The position numbers and the translations under genes were made by a program. From positions 608,001 through 672,000 of the forward strand of contig CAVXWP010000008.1 in assembly GCA_963765495.1 (NCBI GenBank): a stretch of DNA of 64,000 bases. The letters are read 5' to 3'. The notes under the pieces are model-generated. The model did not search any database, had not been told where the DNA came from, and saw only the letters and a list, made by a program, of their open reading frames with translations. Positions 39,962-50,263 of the stretch are shown in pieces. The stretch's first letter is position 1, and every line of letters starts with the position of its first letter. The stretch comes from Blastocatellia bacterium. GTDB lineage: Bacteria > Acidobacteriota > Blastocatellia > UBA7656.

Positions 39962-39997
39962 TGCCGTGATGTGCCTTCGGAGCGCATCACGGCATTT
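39962..39997 (+). terminator. Terminator hairpin with C(UUCG)G loop closing the cassette
   Basis: TGCCGTGATG / CATCACGGCA stem, CTTCGG apex, followed by TTT. Confidence 0.65.
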
Positions 39998-40311
39998 GAC
40001 CGACCTCCATCTATAAACCAATTCATCAAACCAGTTCATTCCGCAGGACGCTTGCACCAACGAGGCTCCCGGAGAAATTGCGCCATATTCTTTCCCGCAT
40101 CCTCTGCCCCACGATTATTGCCCGGTTTGGTCATATCTTCCTCCATCAACCAATATCGGAGTCCTGGACCAGAGGATTATCCGCCCGATAATCTCGATTG
40201 AGAGTTGCAAATCTCGCAGAGTTGCAATGTTTCCATTCATCGCGAGTACGCATTTCCCACAACTCTATGATTGATTACTCCTGAAAGCCTGCTTTTTGCT
40301 ACTATAATGCA

Positions 40312-40326
40312 TGGCCCCTGAATTGC
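40312..40326 (+). promoter_or_regulatory. Possible sigma-54 promoter upstream of the L,D-transpeptidase gene
   Basis: TGGCCCCTGAATTGC has GG-N10-GC spacing, but a TATAAT at 40303-40308 offers a sigma-70 alternative. Confidence 0.35.
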
Positions 40327-40342
40327 CGATATTGGTTTTGAT

Positions 40343-41119
40343 ATGAATAACGATGGATTTGTGACCAAAATGCAAACACTATCCCGGCTGCCGGCCACTC
40401 GTTTCCTGGCTGTCATCCTCATCATCGGCACGCTGGGATTTTCTGATGCTCTGGCTGTGCAGAAGAAGTCAAGGAAAACAAAGATCGTTCAGAAAACAAA
40501 GCGGCTGACCAGGCAAGAGATTCAGGATGCCGAGCAAAGGCTAGCCGATCTGGGATACTGGACCGGGCCGATTGACGGCAAATTCGACGCAGATTCAAGG
40601 GACGCTTTGATAGCCTTTCAGAAGGTCGAAAGACGCGAGCCAACCGGTCGACTGACATTAGAAGAACTGACCGCACTAAATGAGGCCAAAAGGCCAAAAC
40701 CTCGCGATGCAAGCTACGGCCACGTGGAAGTGGATCTGAGTCGCCAGGTTCTTTTCGTCGTGGATGAAAACGGCGAGGTATCGAAAGTGCTGCCCGTTTC
40801 TTCCGGCAGTGGAGAAGAATTTACATCCGAAGGCTGGACCCGCGATGCCATAACTCCCGTAGGTCGATTCAAAGTACACAATAAGATTGACGGCTGGCAT
40901 AAGGCTCCGCTCGGGATGTTGTATTACCCGGTATATTACCTTGGCGGGATAGCAGTGCATGGCAGCAATTCGGTCCCCGTACATCCAGCGAGCCACGGGT
41001 GCGTTCGAATCCCCGTGTTCGCCGCAAAAGAGTTCAACGAAATGACGGCGATAGGAACCTGGATAATCGTCTACGATGACCAAACCACGAATATGCCGAT
41101 GGGCGAGCCGGGACCGTAG
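40343..41119 (+). CDS. L,D-transpeptidase (YkuD) with peptidoglycan-binding domain
   Basis: PG-binding QRLADLGY.GPIDG...AFQ; catalytic AVHG...SHGCVR. Confidence 0.9.
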   Translation: MNNDGFVTKMQTLSRLPATRFLAVILIIGTLGFSDALAVQKKSRKTKIVQKTKRLTRQEIQDAEQRLADLGYWTGPIDGKFDADSRDALIAFQKVERREPTGRLTLEELTALNEAKRPKPRDASYGHVEVDLSRQVLFVVDENGEVSKVLPVSSGSGEEFTSEGWTRDAITPVGRFKVHNKIDGWHKAPLGMLYYPVYYLGGIAVHGSNSVPVHPASHGCVRIPVFAAKEFNEMTAIGTWIIVYDDQTTNMPMGEPGP

Positions 41120-41123
41120 GTGC

Positions 41124-41160
41124 AAAAAATAATGCCCGCCTCCTAAAAGGAAGCGGGCAT
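41124..41160 (-). terminator. Rho-independent terminator of the TonB receptor gene (possibly bidirectional)
   Basis: ATGCCCGC.TCCT / AGGA.GCGGGCAT stem with an A run on the left. Confidence 0.7.
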
Positions 41161-41183
41161 ATGAGAGAGTTCTGTTTACCAGT

Positions 41184-44100
41184 TTACCATTGAACGCCGA
41201 CAGCAAATCGAGCTTCGCGCGGTGCCTGGAAGTTGCTCGCCTTTCCAAAGCGCGGGTCAACCGCCAGTCCCTGTGCCGCTATTCTCTGCTGCCAATCTCC
41301 ATTCGAGTTGATGAAGATCGGGAATGCTACATCAAACGAATCATTCGCATTTCCGTACTGCACTACCTGGCCCGGTGCCAGATAGTTGGCAAATATGTTC
41401 GTCACATTTCTCTCATCAAACAGGTTGAATACGTTCATCGAGAAACGCAGCTTCACGTTCTCCGTCAGCTTGATCAGGTGATTGACCACCAGATCTGTCT
41501 GCGTAAAGGTCTCTGTTCTCCCCAGATCGCCTCGGCCTTCCGGGTAGATCTCCGCTCCGCCCCCTCCGACGTGCTCCGATAGGATCGTCGAGATCGGCGT
41601 GCCTTGATAGATCAACTGAGTTCCTCCTACATCCGTAGTCATTCCCCAGTAGTGGAACTGATAGCTGGCAAATGCCTTGAACGTGTTGGGTCGATCCGTT
41701 GCCAACCGGCCGAGTACCTGATTCCCGTGTGTATCGTACACAAGCTCAGGAAGGTCGAAGTAGCGGTTTACGTTCGGGCTTGTTCGTCCATTTCCTGCTG
41801 CGTCGACTTCGTCCGAGCTTGCAAGCCCGGAGTAGTTTCCATACAGCTTGCTGTAGGTGTACGACAGATTCGCGTACCAGTTGTTTGTGAACCTCTTGTC
41901 GAGCCTCAACTCAAGCCCTGTATACTCGCGTACAGCCTTCGGCGTCGCTGGATTGAAGTCCGTTATCGACACTCCAAATCCCGGGTTGCCTATCGTGTAC
42001 ACTTCGTTGCCCGCCGCGTCGAGTCCGCCGATGTCTTCTATCGTTCGGTCAAGTTTTTTGCGGGTAAGCCGCGCACTCGCCACAAGGTTTGTGCCCAGCG
42101 CATAGTCGCCGCCTACAGTGTACTCACGCTCTCTGGTAGGTTTGAGGTTCGGGTCAATCGTGGGCCGCTCACCGGCAAGCACTACGTTTGACGGTACGCG
42201 GAAATCAAGCGGTCCGTCAATGATGTTGCCCGGTGTGTTGCCGAGATTGATGCTTGTGAAGTCCGGCGTGTTCAACTCGTACCAGGTTCTGATGAAGTGA
42301 TCGCCGCCAAACGAGCCGCGTGGAAGCTCATACTTCATCGTGTCATAGAATATTGAGAAGCTGCCGTAGACTTTCAGCTTTCCGGTTCCGAATACATCCC
42401 AGGCCAATCCGACTCTCGGCGCGATCTTGTCGCCCCAGCCAAAATCAATCGGCTTGGTCGAAATCTGCGCGTCGGCTGGAATGGTCGGGTGGAAACGGGT
42501 GTCAATCGGGAATGCGGGCAGGAACTCATTCTCAATGCGGAGACCGATGTTTGCGGTCAAGCGAGGATGAATCTGCCACTGATCCTGAACGAAGAAACCC
42601 TGGTTCTTGCTGTTGACATCGCCTTCGGTTCCGAAGTCGGTCACGCGATAGTAACCATAAGTTCCTGATTCGCCCAGATAGGTCCGGCCAAAGTAGAAGT
42701 TGATGATCCCGCCCTGATAGGCCTCGTTGACCTTGTTGCTGAGGCGGTTGACCTGATAGCCACCCTTGAAGGTGTGCTGCTGGCCGAGGAACCTCGTGAT
42801 GTATGTGGCATCAAAGTTGAGGTTTGTACGGCGAGTGATGTTAAAGGCCGTCGAAAAGTTGGTCTGTATGATCGGTGTGCCCGTCGTTGTCGATCCGGCA
42901 GCGCATCCGCTCAACGGAGGTGCACACGCTACAGATATCGTGTAGAGCGGTACCCCTACGGGAATGTCATAGTTGGTGCCTTTGTCGTTGAGATAGGTGT
43001 GGCCGCCTCGGAAGCTCAGGATCAGGTGATCCGTCGCCGAATAGTTCGCTCCGAATGCTGCCTGCCACGACGGCACGAATCCGCCCTTCTCACCCAGTCG
43101 GATGTCATTGAAAGAGGTTGAACTGCTAACTTCCTGAGCCAACAACGACCCTTCCGTCTTAACAGGGCTGTTGATAAAGTTGCCGTATACCGAAAGCCTG
43201 TCGCTTGCGGCCCAGTCAAGCCGCCCCAGGAAGTAGTCGATTTTCTCTCTTTGTGTGATAAAGCGGGTGTCAAGCGAATCTACGCCCACGCCCGGGTTGA
43301 CACGGATTAGATCGGTGCGCCGAGTCGTTTTTGTGTACTGTGGCGCATAGCTCGTGTAGAACCATACGTGATCCTTGAGGATAGGACCTCCGATGTTGAT
43401 GATCGGGCTGAAAAATCGTGTCTTGTCCTTCCCGTCCCGGTTCTCGAAATAATCGAATGTGTCCTGATTTTCCGGCGCTAGCCGCAGTGTCGGGTTGTCT
43501 TCGGCTCGGAACGTGTCAGACGTGTACTCGAATCGCAGTTCCCCGTGGAAGTCATTCGTCCCACCTCTGGTCACTACGTTTACAACTCCGCCTGTCGCTC
43601 CGCCGTACTCTGCTTCGTAGCCCGCGCTCTTTACCTGAAGTTCCTTTACGAAATCGTTCGGAATGTTCTTGGTTCGGCCAAGAGTTCCGTCTTCGATTCT
43701 GGTAACTTCCACGCCGTCTACGATAAAGGTGTTCTCGGCCCCAGATGCTCCATCAATCTGGAATCCGCCGGTCTTGCTCTCTGCGCGGGTTCCGGGAGCT
43801 ACCTGGATCAGCGAAGAGAAGTTGAGCGTCTTCGGTATGACGTTGATCTCTTGCTGGGTCACGTTTGTAGCCGTCTTTGTAGAGGTCACGTCCACCAGCG
43901 GCTCGTCGGCTGCCGTGATCGTCACTTCTTCTCCACTTACAGCAACTTCCATGTCGAAGTTTACCTGCAAGGTCTTCCCGAGCTCGACAGGCACCTTCTC
44001 GCGCTTGACCGACTTAAAGCCGGTGCCCGATGCCGTAACTACATATACACCCGGCGGCAATGACGAGATGGTGTAGTTGCCAGCAGAGTCGGATGTGGTC

Positions 44101-44312
44101 TTAAAGGTTTGTCTATCACTCGTAGCAGTGATGGAAGCATCGGGGATGACTGCTCCGGCCGGGTCCTTGACCGTCCCCTGAATGCTACCGGAAATCTCCT
44201 GAGAAGAGGCCAGGGCTGAAAATGCAGAGCCGGGGCCGATCAGGAGAGCGATGAGCATGAGAAAGCTGCTCACCTTACGGAAAGAACCTTTTATCGATAG
44301 GATTCTATTCAC
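41184..44312 (-). CDS. Oar-like TonB-dependent receptor with carboxypeptidase-regulatory-like N-domain
   Basis: Signal peptide; GTVKDPAGAVIP; plug motifs IDGASGAENTFIVDG and AEYGGATGGVVNVVTRGG; C-terminal aromatic residue (VGVQW). Confidence 0.92.
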   Translation of the reverse strand: MNRILSIKGSFRKVSSFLMLIALLIGPGSAFSALASSQEISGSIQGTVKDPAGAVIPDASITATSDRQTFKTTSDSAGNYTISSLPPGVYVVTASGTGFKSVKREKVPVELGKTLQVNFDMEVAVSGEEVTITAADEPLVDVTSTKTATNVTQQEINVIPKTLNFSSLIQVAPGTRAESKTGGFQIDGASGAENTFIVDGVEVTRIEDGTLGRTKNIPNDFVKELQVKSAGYEAEYGGATGGVVNVVTRGGTNDFHGELRFEYTSDTFRAEDNPTLRLAPENQDTFDYFENRDGKDKTRFFSPIINIGGPILKDHVWFYTSYAPQYTKTTRRTDLIRVNPGVGVDSLDTRFITQREKIDYFLGRLDWAASDRLSVYGNFINSPVKTEGSLLAQEVSSSTSFNDIRLGEKGGFVPSWQAAFGANYSATDHLILSFRGGHTYLNDKGTNYDIPVGVPLYTISVACAPPLSGCAAGSTTTGTPIIQTNFSTAFNITRRTNLNFDATYITRFLGQQHTFKGGYQVNRLSNKVNEAYQGGIINFYFGRTYLGESGTYGYYRVTDFGTEGDVNSKNQGFFVQDQWQIHPRLTANIGLRIENEFLPAFPIDTRFHPTIPADAQISTKPIDFGWGDKIAPRVGLAWDVFGTGKLKVYGSFSIFYDTMKYELPRGSFGGDHFIRTWYELNTPDFTSINLGNTPGNIIDGPLDFRVPSNVVLAGERPTIDPNLKPTREREYTVGGDYALGTNLVASARLTRKKLDRTIEDIGGLDAAGNEVYTIGNPGFGVSITDFNPATPKAVREYTGLELRLDKRFTNNWYANLSYTYSKLYGNYSGLASSDEVDAAGNGRTSPNVNRYFDLPELVYDTHGNQVLGRLATDRPNTFKAFASYQFHYWGMTTDVGGTQLIYQGTPISTILSEHVGGGGAEIYPEGRGDLGRTETFTQTDLVVNHLIKLTENVKLRFSMNVFNLFDERNVTNIFANYLAPGQVVQYGNANDSFDVAFPIFINSNGDWQQRIAAQGLAVDPRFGKASNFQAPREARFAVGVQW

Positions 44313-44779
44313 GGATTCTCCTCCAAAAAATAAAATGCTTTTGCAAAGCCTATTGTCAGGAAAGCTATAGCTTGCCTACTAATACAAGCAATTGCGCTGT
44401 TCCCACCTTATTCAATCGAAAGCCAAAAGATACCGAAAATTTCAAAAATTTGAACTTTCAGTTTAAAGTTTTGATTTTCATCATTTTGCGTTCGATTGAG
44501 TTTGCCAATTCAACCTTTATCAGTAGCAAAGTGAGGGCCAGAGGGTGGGTTATACGGGCACGATTCGGGCAATTCCCTTTCGGTTCTAAACAAAAGTTTT
44601 TTTCTCAGTGAAAAAAAGCCGAACTATGTGAAGGCGAATCGATATGAAATTATCCAAGTATTTGTAGATTATCCATGATTTCGGAGAAGGGCCATTTACA
44701 GCGTTTTAGGCTGAATCGCGAGGGAATTCATTTTTTTGGAATCGTGTAATTGAGGATACAATTATTGTAAATGTAGGGT

Positions 44780-45994
44780 TTAGCTAGAAGTGGATTGAGA
44801 TATTGCATCTAAATTTATCTTGTACCGCTTTATCATATTGTGAAGGGTGGTCTGGTTGATCCCGAGCATTTTTGCCGCATCCTTCTGTTTTCCATTTGCC
44901 TGTTGGAGCGCCCGATGAATCAGGTCGATTTCAAAGCGACTGACTTCATCATAAAAACTTATGCTCCGCTCCATTTCGAGCTTAACACTTGGTCCCTCAG
45001 GTGCGTTCATCTTATCCATCATGTCAGCGGCTGCCGTCAAAGCTGCCGACATCTCTTTTAGGAGTTTGACTCTGATGCTAACAGAGCTGTCTTCGAGGGC
45101 ATCGCTCTTTGTAAGAACAGGCATGGCGGAGTCCGTATTCTTATGACTATTCAATCCCGCTTTCTTCTCTTCGGAGAGGCTGCGAACGATTGATTGCATT
45201 CTTCCGCCGCCGACCATCGAACCGACTATCTCCACTTCAAATGGAGCCCCATCCTTGCCGCGTAACCGGCGAATCTTTCGGACGGTCTTTCCCGTGAGCA
45301 AATCCGAGAAGTCTGCCGGGTCATGAGCGAGGTCTTCGAACGGGATAAGGTCTTCGGCGCCGAGCCGGAGCAATTCCTCTCGCGTGTACCCAAGCATTTC
45401 GCAGGCTCTTGGGTTCACATCCGTGAAATTCCCTCTCTCATCGAATACGAAAACGGCATCCGAAGATTGCTGCATCAACATTCGGTACTTCATTTCGATC
45501 TCATTTATCGTCGTCTCAGCGTGCTGGTAATCGGACACATCAATAACGAGGACCGCCAGACCATTGAGCGCACCGCTTATGGAACGTAAAGGAAGAAACG
45601 AGCAGGACCATTGATGAGCAACTCCCGGTTCCAACTTTGCCTCGCCGGTTATTTTCACATCAAATAAGGCCTCGCCGGTTGAAACGACGCTCTGCAAGGC
45701 GTGCTCGACAAGCGGAGATTCATAAGGAAGTATATCGCTGAGATTCTTCCCAAGGTGATCGCCCGCAGGCAGACCGCTCATTCTGGCAAGCTCCTCATTG
45801 ATTCTGAAATATCGAAAATCCGTATCTATGATGGCAAGCCCGACCGGCATTATAGTGAACAGTGAATTAAAGCGTTCCTGCAACAGGTGTAATTCTTTTT
45901 GAAGTGCTTCTCTTTCGGCAGCCTCACCGGCCAGTAATGCTTTTAAGTTTGCGGTTTCGTCATCTCTCTGCTTTTTGGTCATAAAATCTGCCAT
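44780..45994 (-). CDS. Two-PAS-domain protein with C-terminal Fis-type HTH
   Basis: Two PAS segments (MPVGLAIID..RINE; DAVFVFDERG..DVNPRACEMLGY); Fis HTH ALQQANGKQKDAAKMLGINQTTLHNMIK. Confidence 0.85.
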   Translation of the reverse strand: MADFMTKKQRDDETANLKALLAGEAAEREALQKELHLLQERFNSLFTIMPVGLAIIDTDFRYFRINEELARMSGLPAGDHLGKNLSDILPYESPLVEHALQSVVSTGEALFDVKITGEAKLEPGVAHQWSCSFLPLRSISGALNGLAVLVIDVSDYQHAETTINEIEMKYRMLMQQSSDAVFVFDERGNFTDVNPRACEMLGYTREELLRLGAEDLIPFEDLAHDPADFSDLLTGKTVRKIRRLRGKDGAPFEVEIVGSMVGGGRMQSIVRSLSEEKKAGLNSHKNTDSAMPVLTKSDALEDSSVSIRVKLLKEMSAALTAAADMMDKMNAPEGPSVKLEMERSISFYDEVSRFEIDLIHRALQQANGKQKDAAKMLGINQTTLHNMIKRYKINLDAISQSTSS

Positions 45995-46250
45995 AAGCCC
46001 AGTATATTTCTATGTACGTATCTCTGTTGCGTCCCGTTACTATATTTTTACCTTCACCCCCCCCAATTGGTTCCATTATTTTTATGCCAGCATTTTTATG
46101 CCAGGGTTTCAAGACTGACCAGGACAAGGTTTGGTTGCCCGCGAACTGTATGCAAAACGGGCAAGAGATATTTAAGCCGGTTTTTCAGATTATGACGAGC
46201 CCGCTGTCAAGCATCTCAAGGCATAGGCAGAGTGATGGGGTTATATTCAA

Positions 46251-47129
46251 TCAGGAGTTTTCCCGTATTCGTATGACATCTACCGAGCAGTGCGCGTGCA
46301 TGGCTACGGCTTCGGAAACGCTTCCCATAAACAGACGCAGAAATCCGCGCCGCCCGTGCGAACCTATAACTATCAAATCTGCGCCCCACTGTTTTGCATC
46401 GTCGATGATGCGCTCTTTGGGGCTTCCCAAAAGTACAACCCCCGAGGCTTTCAAACCACTGTCGGCAATCAGCTTTCTCGAAGTCTCCACATCCTTTTCG
46501 GCCACGGTTAATTCCGCTCGTGAAAGGTTATCCGGGTTAGATGAGCCCCCTTGCTTTTCAATCGTCTGAGCCACGCAAAGGACTCTTACCTCGCTTGCTT
46601 CGGGCCAGGGGCGGTCGGCAACGGATCGCGCCGCCGCAATTGAGTTTCGAGACCCGTCCGTGCAAAGAAGAATCTTTATCCCGAATGATTCCCGGGCTTG
46701 CTGATTGCGGTCATAACGACGCACGATTCCTACCGAACAGGGGGCGCGCCTGACGACATCAAGGGCGACACTGCCAAGAAGGAAGCGGGTAATGCCGCTC
46801 TGCCCCTCCGAGCCTACTATGATGAAATCGGCCCCCCACTGACCCGCAAATTCAATAATAGACGTGGGCGGGTATCCTTCCGTGATCGCAATGCCTGTCT
46901 TGAGTCCGGCAAGCGCGAGCCGGTCGGTTGCCGAAGAGAGCAGAGTGCGAGCGGCTTCGGCATCGGCTTCGTCAACGGGACGGCCCCCGCCAAGCCCCGA
47001 AGGCAGGGCAAACAGATCGAGAACCGTGAGGGTGCGAAATTCCGACCCCTCGGGCCAGGACCGGCGGACGATTTCGCTTATGACAGTCTCTGCTGACTCG
47101 GAAGAATCTATGGCGATGACTATCTTCAT
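46251..47129 (-). CDS. Tandem-domain universal stress protein
   Basis: Two Usp domains: KIVIAIDSS...GSVALDVVRRAPCSV and KILLCTDGS...GSHG...GSVSEAVAMHAHCSV. Confidence 0.92.
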   Translation of the reverse strand: MKIVIAIDSSESAETVISEIVRRSWPEGSEFRTLTVLDLFALPSGLGGGRPVDEADAEAARTLLSSATDRLALAGLKTGIAITEGYPPTSIIEFAGQWGADFIIVGSEGQSGITRFLLGSVALDVVRRAPCSVGIVRRYDRNQQARESFGIKILLCTDGSRNSIAAARSVADRPWPEASEVRVLCVAQTIEKQGGSSNPDNLSRAELTVAEKDVETSRKLIADSGLKASGVVLLGSPKERIIDDAKQWGADLIVIGSHGRRGFLRLFMGSVSEAVAMHAHCSVDVIRIRENS

Positions 47130-47362
47130 GACTTATGCCTTTCAGATCGGCGCGGATGTTATCCACTTTCTTCCCAACCATTCTAATGAAACTCTATTCA
47201 AATCACACGCGCAGTCTCTCACAACAGAGGTTTTTAATCTTCTCTCTGTGTCTGCGGTGTCTCCGTGGCAGAGCTTAACTCTTCTGAATCGCTGGAATGA
47301 TTCGCATCCGAGAGGCTATAATCCGTTGGCAATAAATATTTCTCGTCCGAGAGCCGCACTCG

Positions 47363-48712
47363 ATGGATGATACGCTGCTAATCAAGGGCGCGACCATTAT
47401 CACGCTCGACCAGGAAGATAATATATTCGTGGGCGATGTGCTCATCGAAGCGGGATGGATTACCCGACTCACCAGATCAAATCCGAATTCACCTGAGAAA
47501 AGCGCGAGCAAAGAAGCCGACATCGTGATTGACGGCCGAGGCCGCGCGCTTGTTCCGGGTTTTGTGCAGACACACATTCACCTCTGCCAGACGCTTTTTC
47601 GCGGCGCGGCAGACGACCTTGCGCTGATTGACTGGCTGAAGAGACGCATCTGGCCGATGGAAGCGGCGCATACACCTGATTCGCTATATGCGTCTGCCCG
47701 TCTCGGTATAAGCGAGATGATTCGCGGAGGCACTACCTGCGCGCTCACGATGGAGACGGTCCATCACACGGAAGCGGTATTTCAAGCCGTAGATGAATCG
47801 GGCTTTCGCGCAACCGTGGGCAAATGCATGATGGATAAGGGCGAGGGTGTGCCCGAGGGGCTGATCGAAACAATGTCGGATTCAATCGCCGAGTCCATCG
47901 CTCTGCTCGAAAGATGGCACGACCGCGCCGAAGGGCGCATACGTTACGCATTCGCGCCTCGATTCGCCGTCAGTTGCACACGCCCCCTGCTTGAGCGTGT
48001 AGCCGCTCTTTCCAGGGAAAGGGGCGTGATGGTGCATACTCACGCCTCGGAAAATCGCGATGAAATTCGGATGATTGAAACCGAAACGGGGCGGCGCAAC
48101 ATCGAATATCTTCACGATGTAGGGCTTACGGCCCCGCATGTTTTGCTCGCGCACTGCGTCTGGCTCGACCAGAGAGAGATGGAAATACTCAGGCAAACCG
48201 GCACGCACGTAGCCCACTGTCCTTCTTCAAATCTCAAACTCGGTTCGGGGTTTGCACCCGTCGCAGAGATGATCGAGCGCGGCATCTCGGTCTCGCTTGG
48301 CGCAGATGGCGCGCCCTGTAACAACCGGCTCGATATGTTTACCGAGATGCGTACGGCGGCGCTGATTCAAAAGGCATTGCGCGGGCCTGAAGTCATACCC
48401 GCACCCGTGGCGCTCAGGATGGCTACGATTGAAGGCGCGCGCGCGCTCGGTCTTTCAGACCGTATTGGCAGCATCGAAACCGGCAAGCGGGCTGACTTGA
48501 CCCTCATCAATTTGAACAGACTTCATGCCACTCCTTCGAGCGACCCCGTTTCGGCAATCGTGTATTCGGCCACCGCAAGCGATGTTGAAACTGTCTTGAT
48601 TGACGGGCGTGTCGTGATGCGCGACCGCGAGTTGAAGACTATGAGCGAAGCGCAGGTCCTGGCTGACGCCCGAAACGAAGGTGAATGGATGGGAAGAGTA
48701 GTTAGAGGTTAG
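47363..48712 (+). CDS. Amidohydrolase, 5'-deoxyadenosine/MTA-SAH deaminase-like
   Basis: [29 protein letters not shown] and GADG metal-binding motifs. Confidence 0.85.
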   Translation: MDDTLLIKGATIITLDQEDNIFVGDVLIEAGWITRLTRSNPNSPEKSASKEADIVIDGRGRALVPGFVQTHIHLCQTLFRGAADDLALIDWLKRRIWPMEAAHTPDSLYASARLGISEMIRGGTTCALTMETVHHTEAVFQAVDESGFRATVGKCMMDKGEGVPEGLIETMSDSIAESIALLERWHDRAEGRIRYAFAPRFAVSCTRPLLERVAALSRERGVMVHTHASENRDEIRMIETETGRRNIEYLHDVGLTAPHVLLAHCVWLDQREMEILRQTGTHVAHCPSSNLKLGSGFAPVAEMIERGISVSLGADGAPCNNRLDMFTEMRTAALIQKALRGPEVIPAPVALRMATIEGARALGLSDRIGSIETGKRADLTLINLNRLHATPSSDPVSAIVYSATASDVETVLIDGRVVMRDRELKTMSEAQVLADARNEGEWMGRVVRG

Positions 48713-48853
48713 TCGCTTTATGAAATGCGCTTTCGGGTGTTATTCTAACTTACTGCCTTATCCGCAGAATTCAAATGCTTGATACCGACGCGCGGACCGC
48801 GCCTGGCACCCTTTGGCAATCGGTCCTCGATCATCATTACTAATGGAGGTTTT

Positions 48854-50236
48854 ATGAAGATCCGTTCTCACCACTTGATTTCAGTGGTACTGGTCGTAAT
48901 GCTCTCGCTCACAGCATTCACGAAAGCCAGCGCCGCCGGAGGCAAAGACAGCCTTTTTGTGCCCGTCACCTACTACAAGCTGCCAAACGGGCTGAGGGTA
49001 GTGCTTTCGCCCGATCACACGGCCCCGACTGTGGCCGTTGCGGTCTATTACAATATAGGATTTCGCATCGAACCAAGAGACCGCACGGGGTTTGCCCATC
49101 TGTTCGAGCACATGATGTTTCAGGGATCAAAAAATCTCGGCAAGATGGAGTTTATTCGACTTGTCCAGCAAAACGGCGGGATATTGAACGGCTCTACGCG
49201 GTTCGATTTTACAAACTATTTCGAGATCATGCCCGCTCACAAACTTGAGACTGCGCTCTGGGCCGAGGCTGACCGCATGCGCGGGCTTGCCATCACGCAG
49301 GAAAACCTGACCAATCAGCAGGGCGTGGTCGGCAACGAAGTAAAGGTCAATGTGATCAACCGTCCATACGGCGGGTTCCCCTGGCTCGACATGCCGCAGT
49401 ATGCCAACACCAACTGGTACAACGCGCACAATTTTTACGGCGATTTGAAAGACATAGAAGCCGCCACGCTCGAAGACGTAAAGAGTTTCTTCAGCACCTA
49501 TTATGCGCCAAACAACGCATCGCTTGTTGTTGTCGGAGATTTCGAACCGGCAGAAGCCCGAAAGTGGGTCGAAACTTATTTCGCAGGCATCTCTTCGGCG
49601 AAGCTTCCTGCCCAGCCCGATCTGACCGAGCCTCGCCAGGAAAAAGAGAAACGAGAGGTCAAGAAAGACCCGCTCGCCAAACGGCCTGCGCTCGCCTTTG
49701 CCTATCATATGCCGGCGCGCAACACGCCCGAATACTACGCGCTTGGATTGCTCGATCAGATACTGTTACAGGGCGACGACTCTCTGCTTTACCAGGAGCT
49801 TGTGAAACAGCGCGGAATAACGGGCGGGCTTGGGGGCGGAATAAACCTGCTCGGCAATATGTTCAACTATAACGGGCCGATGCTCTGGATAGGCAATCTG
49901 TTTTACGACAACAACGTGTCGGCAGACCAGATCATCTCGGCCGTAGACACTGTCATCGAAAAGGTTCAGGCAAAGCCGATTGACGGGCAGACGCTTGATC
50001 GGGCCTTAGTAAAAGTGCGCTCGGACCTCTATGACCAGATGACTTCGACATTCGGATTTGGTCGCGCCGATTTACTGGCGAGCCTGGCTTTGTTTGATAA
50101 CAATCCCGGGCGCATAAACACGCTCGAATCCGAGTTCCGCAAGGTCACGCCGGAGTTGATTCAGAAGACGGCGCGCGAGTATCTTCGCCCGACCAATCGC
50201 ACCGTTCTGGTAATCGAACCCGAGAGCGGCAAATGA
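48854..50236 (+). CDS. M16 (pitrilysin/insulinase) zinc peptidase, catalytic subunit, exported
   Basis: GFAHLFEHMMF (HxxEH); signal peptide; RBS GGAGG. Confidence 0.9.
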   Translation: MKIRSHHLISVVLVVMLSLTAFTKASAAGGKDSLFVPVTYYKLPNGLRVVLSPDHTAPTVAVAVYYNIGFRIEPRDRTGFAHLFEHMMFQGSKNLGKMEFIRLVQQNGGILNGSTRFDFTNYFEIMPAHKLETALWAEADRMRGLAITQENLTNQQGVVGNEVKVNVINRPYGGFPWLDMPQYANTNWYNAHNFYGDLKDIEAATLEDVKSFFSTYYAPNNASLVVVGDFEPAEARKWVETYFAGISSAKLPAQPDLTEPRQEKEKREVKKDPLAKRPALAFAYHMPARNTPEYYALGLLDQILLQGDDSLLYQELVKQRGITGGLGGGINLLGNMFNYNGPMLWIGNLFYDNNVSADQIISAVDTVIEKVQAKPIDGQTLDRALVKVRSDLYDQMTSTFGFGRADLLASLALFDNNPGRINTLESEFRKVTPELIQKTAREYLRPTNRTVLVIEPESGK

Positions 50237-50263
50237 TCCGCCCTGCCTAAAATGGAGATTGAT

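Noticed and set aside
46012-46569. 185-aa plus-strand ORF
   Set aside because: Mostly antisense to the universal stress protein gene, with no recognisable domain.
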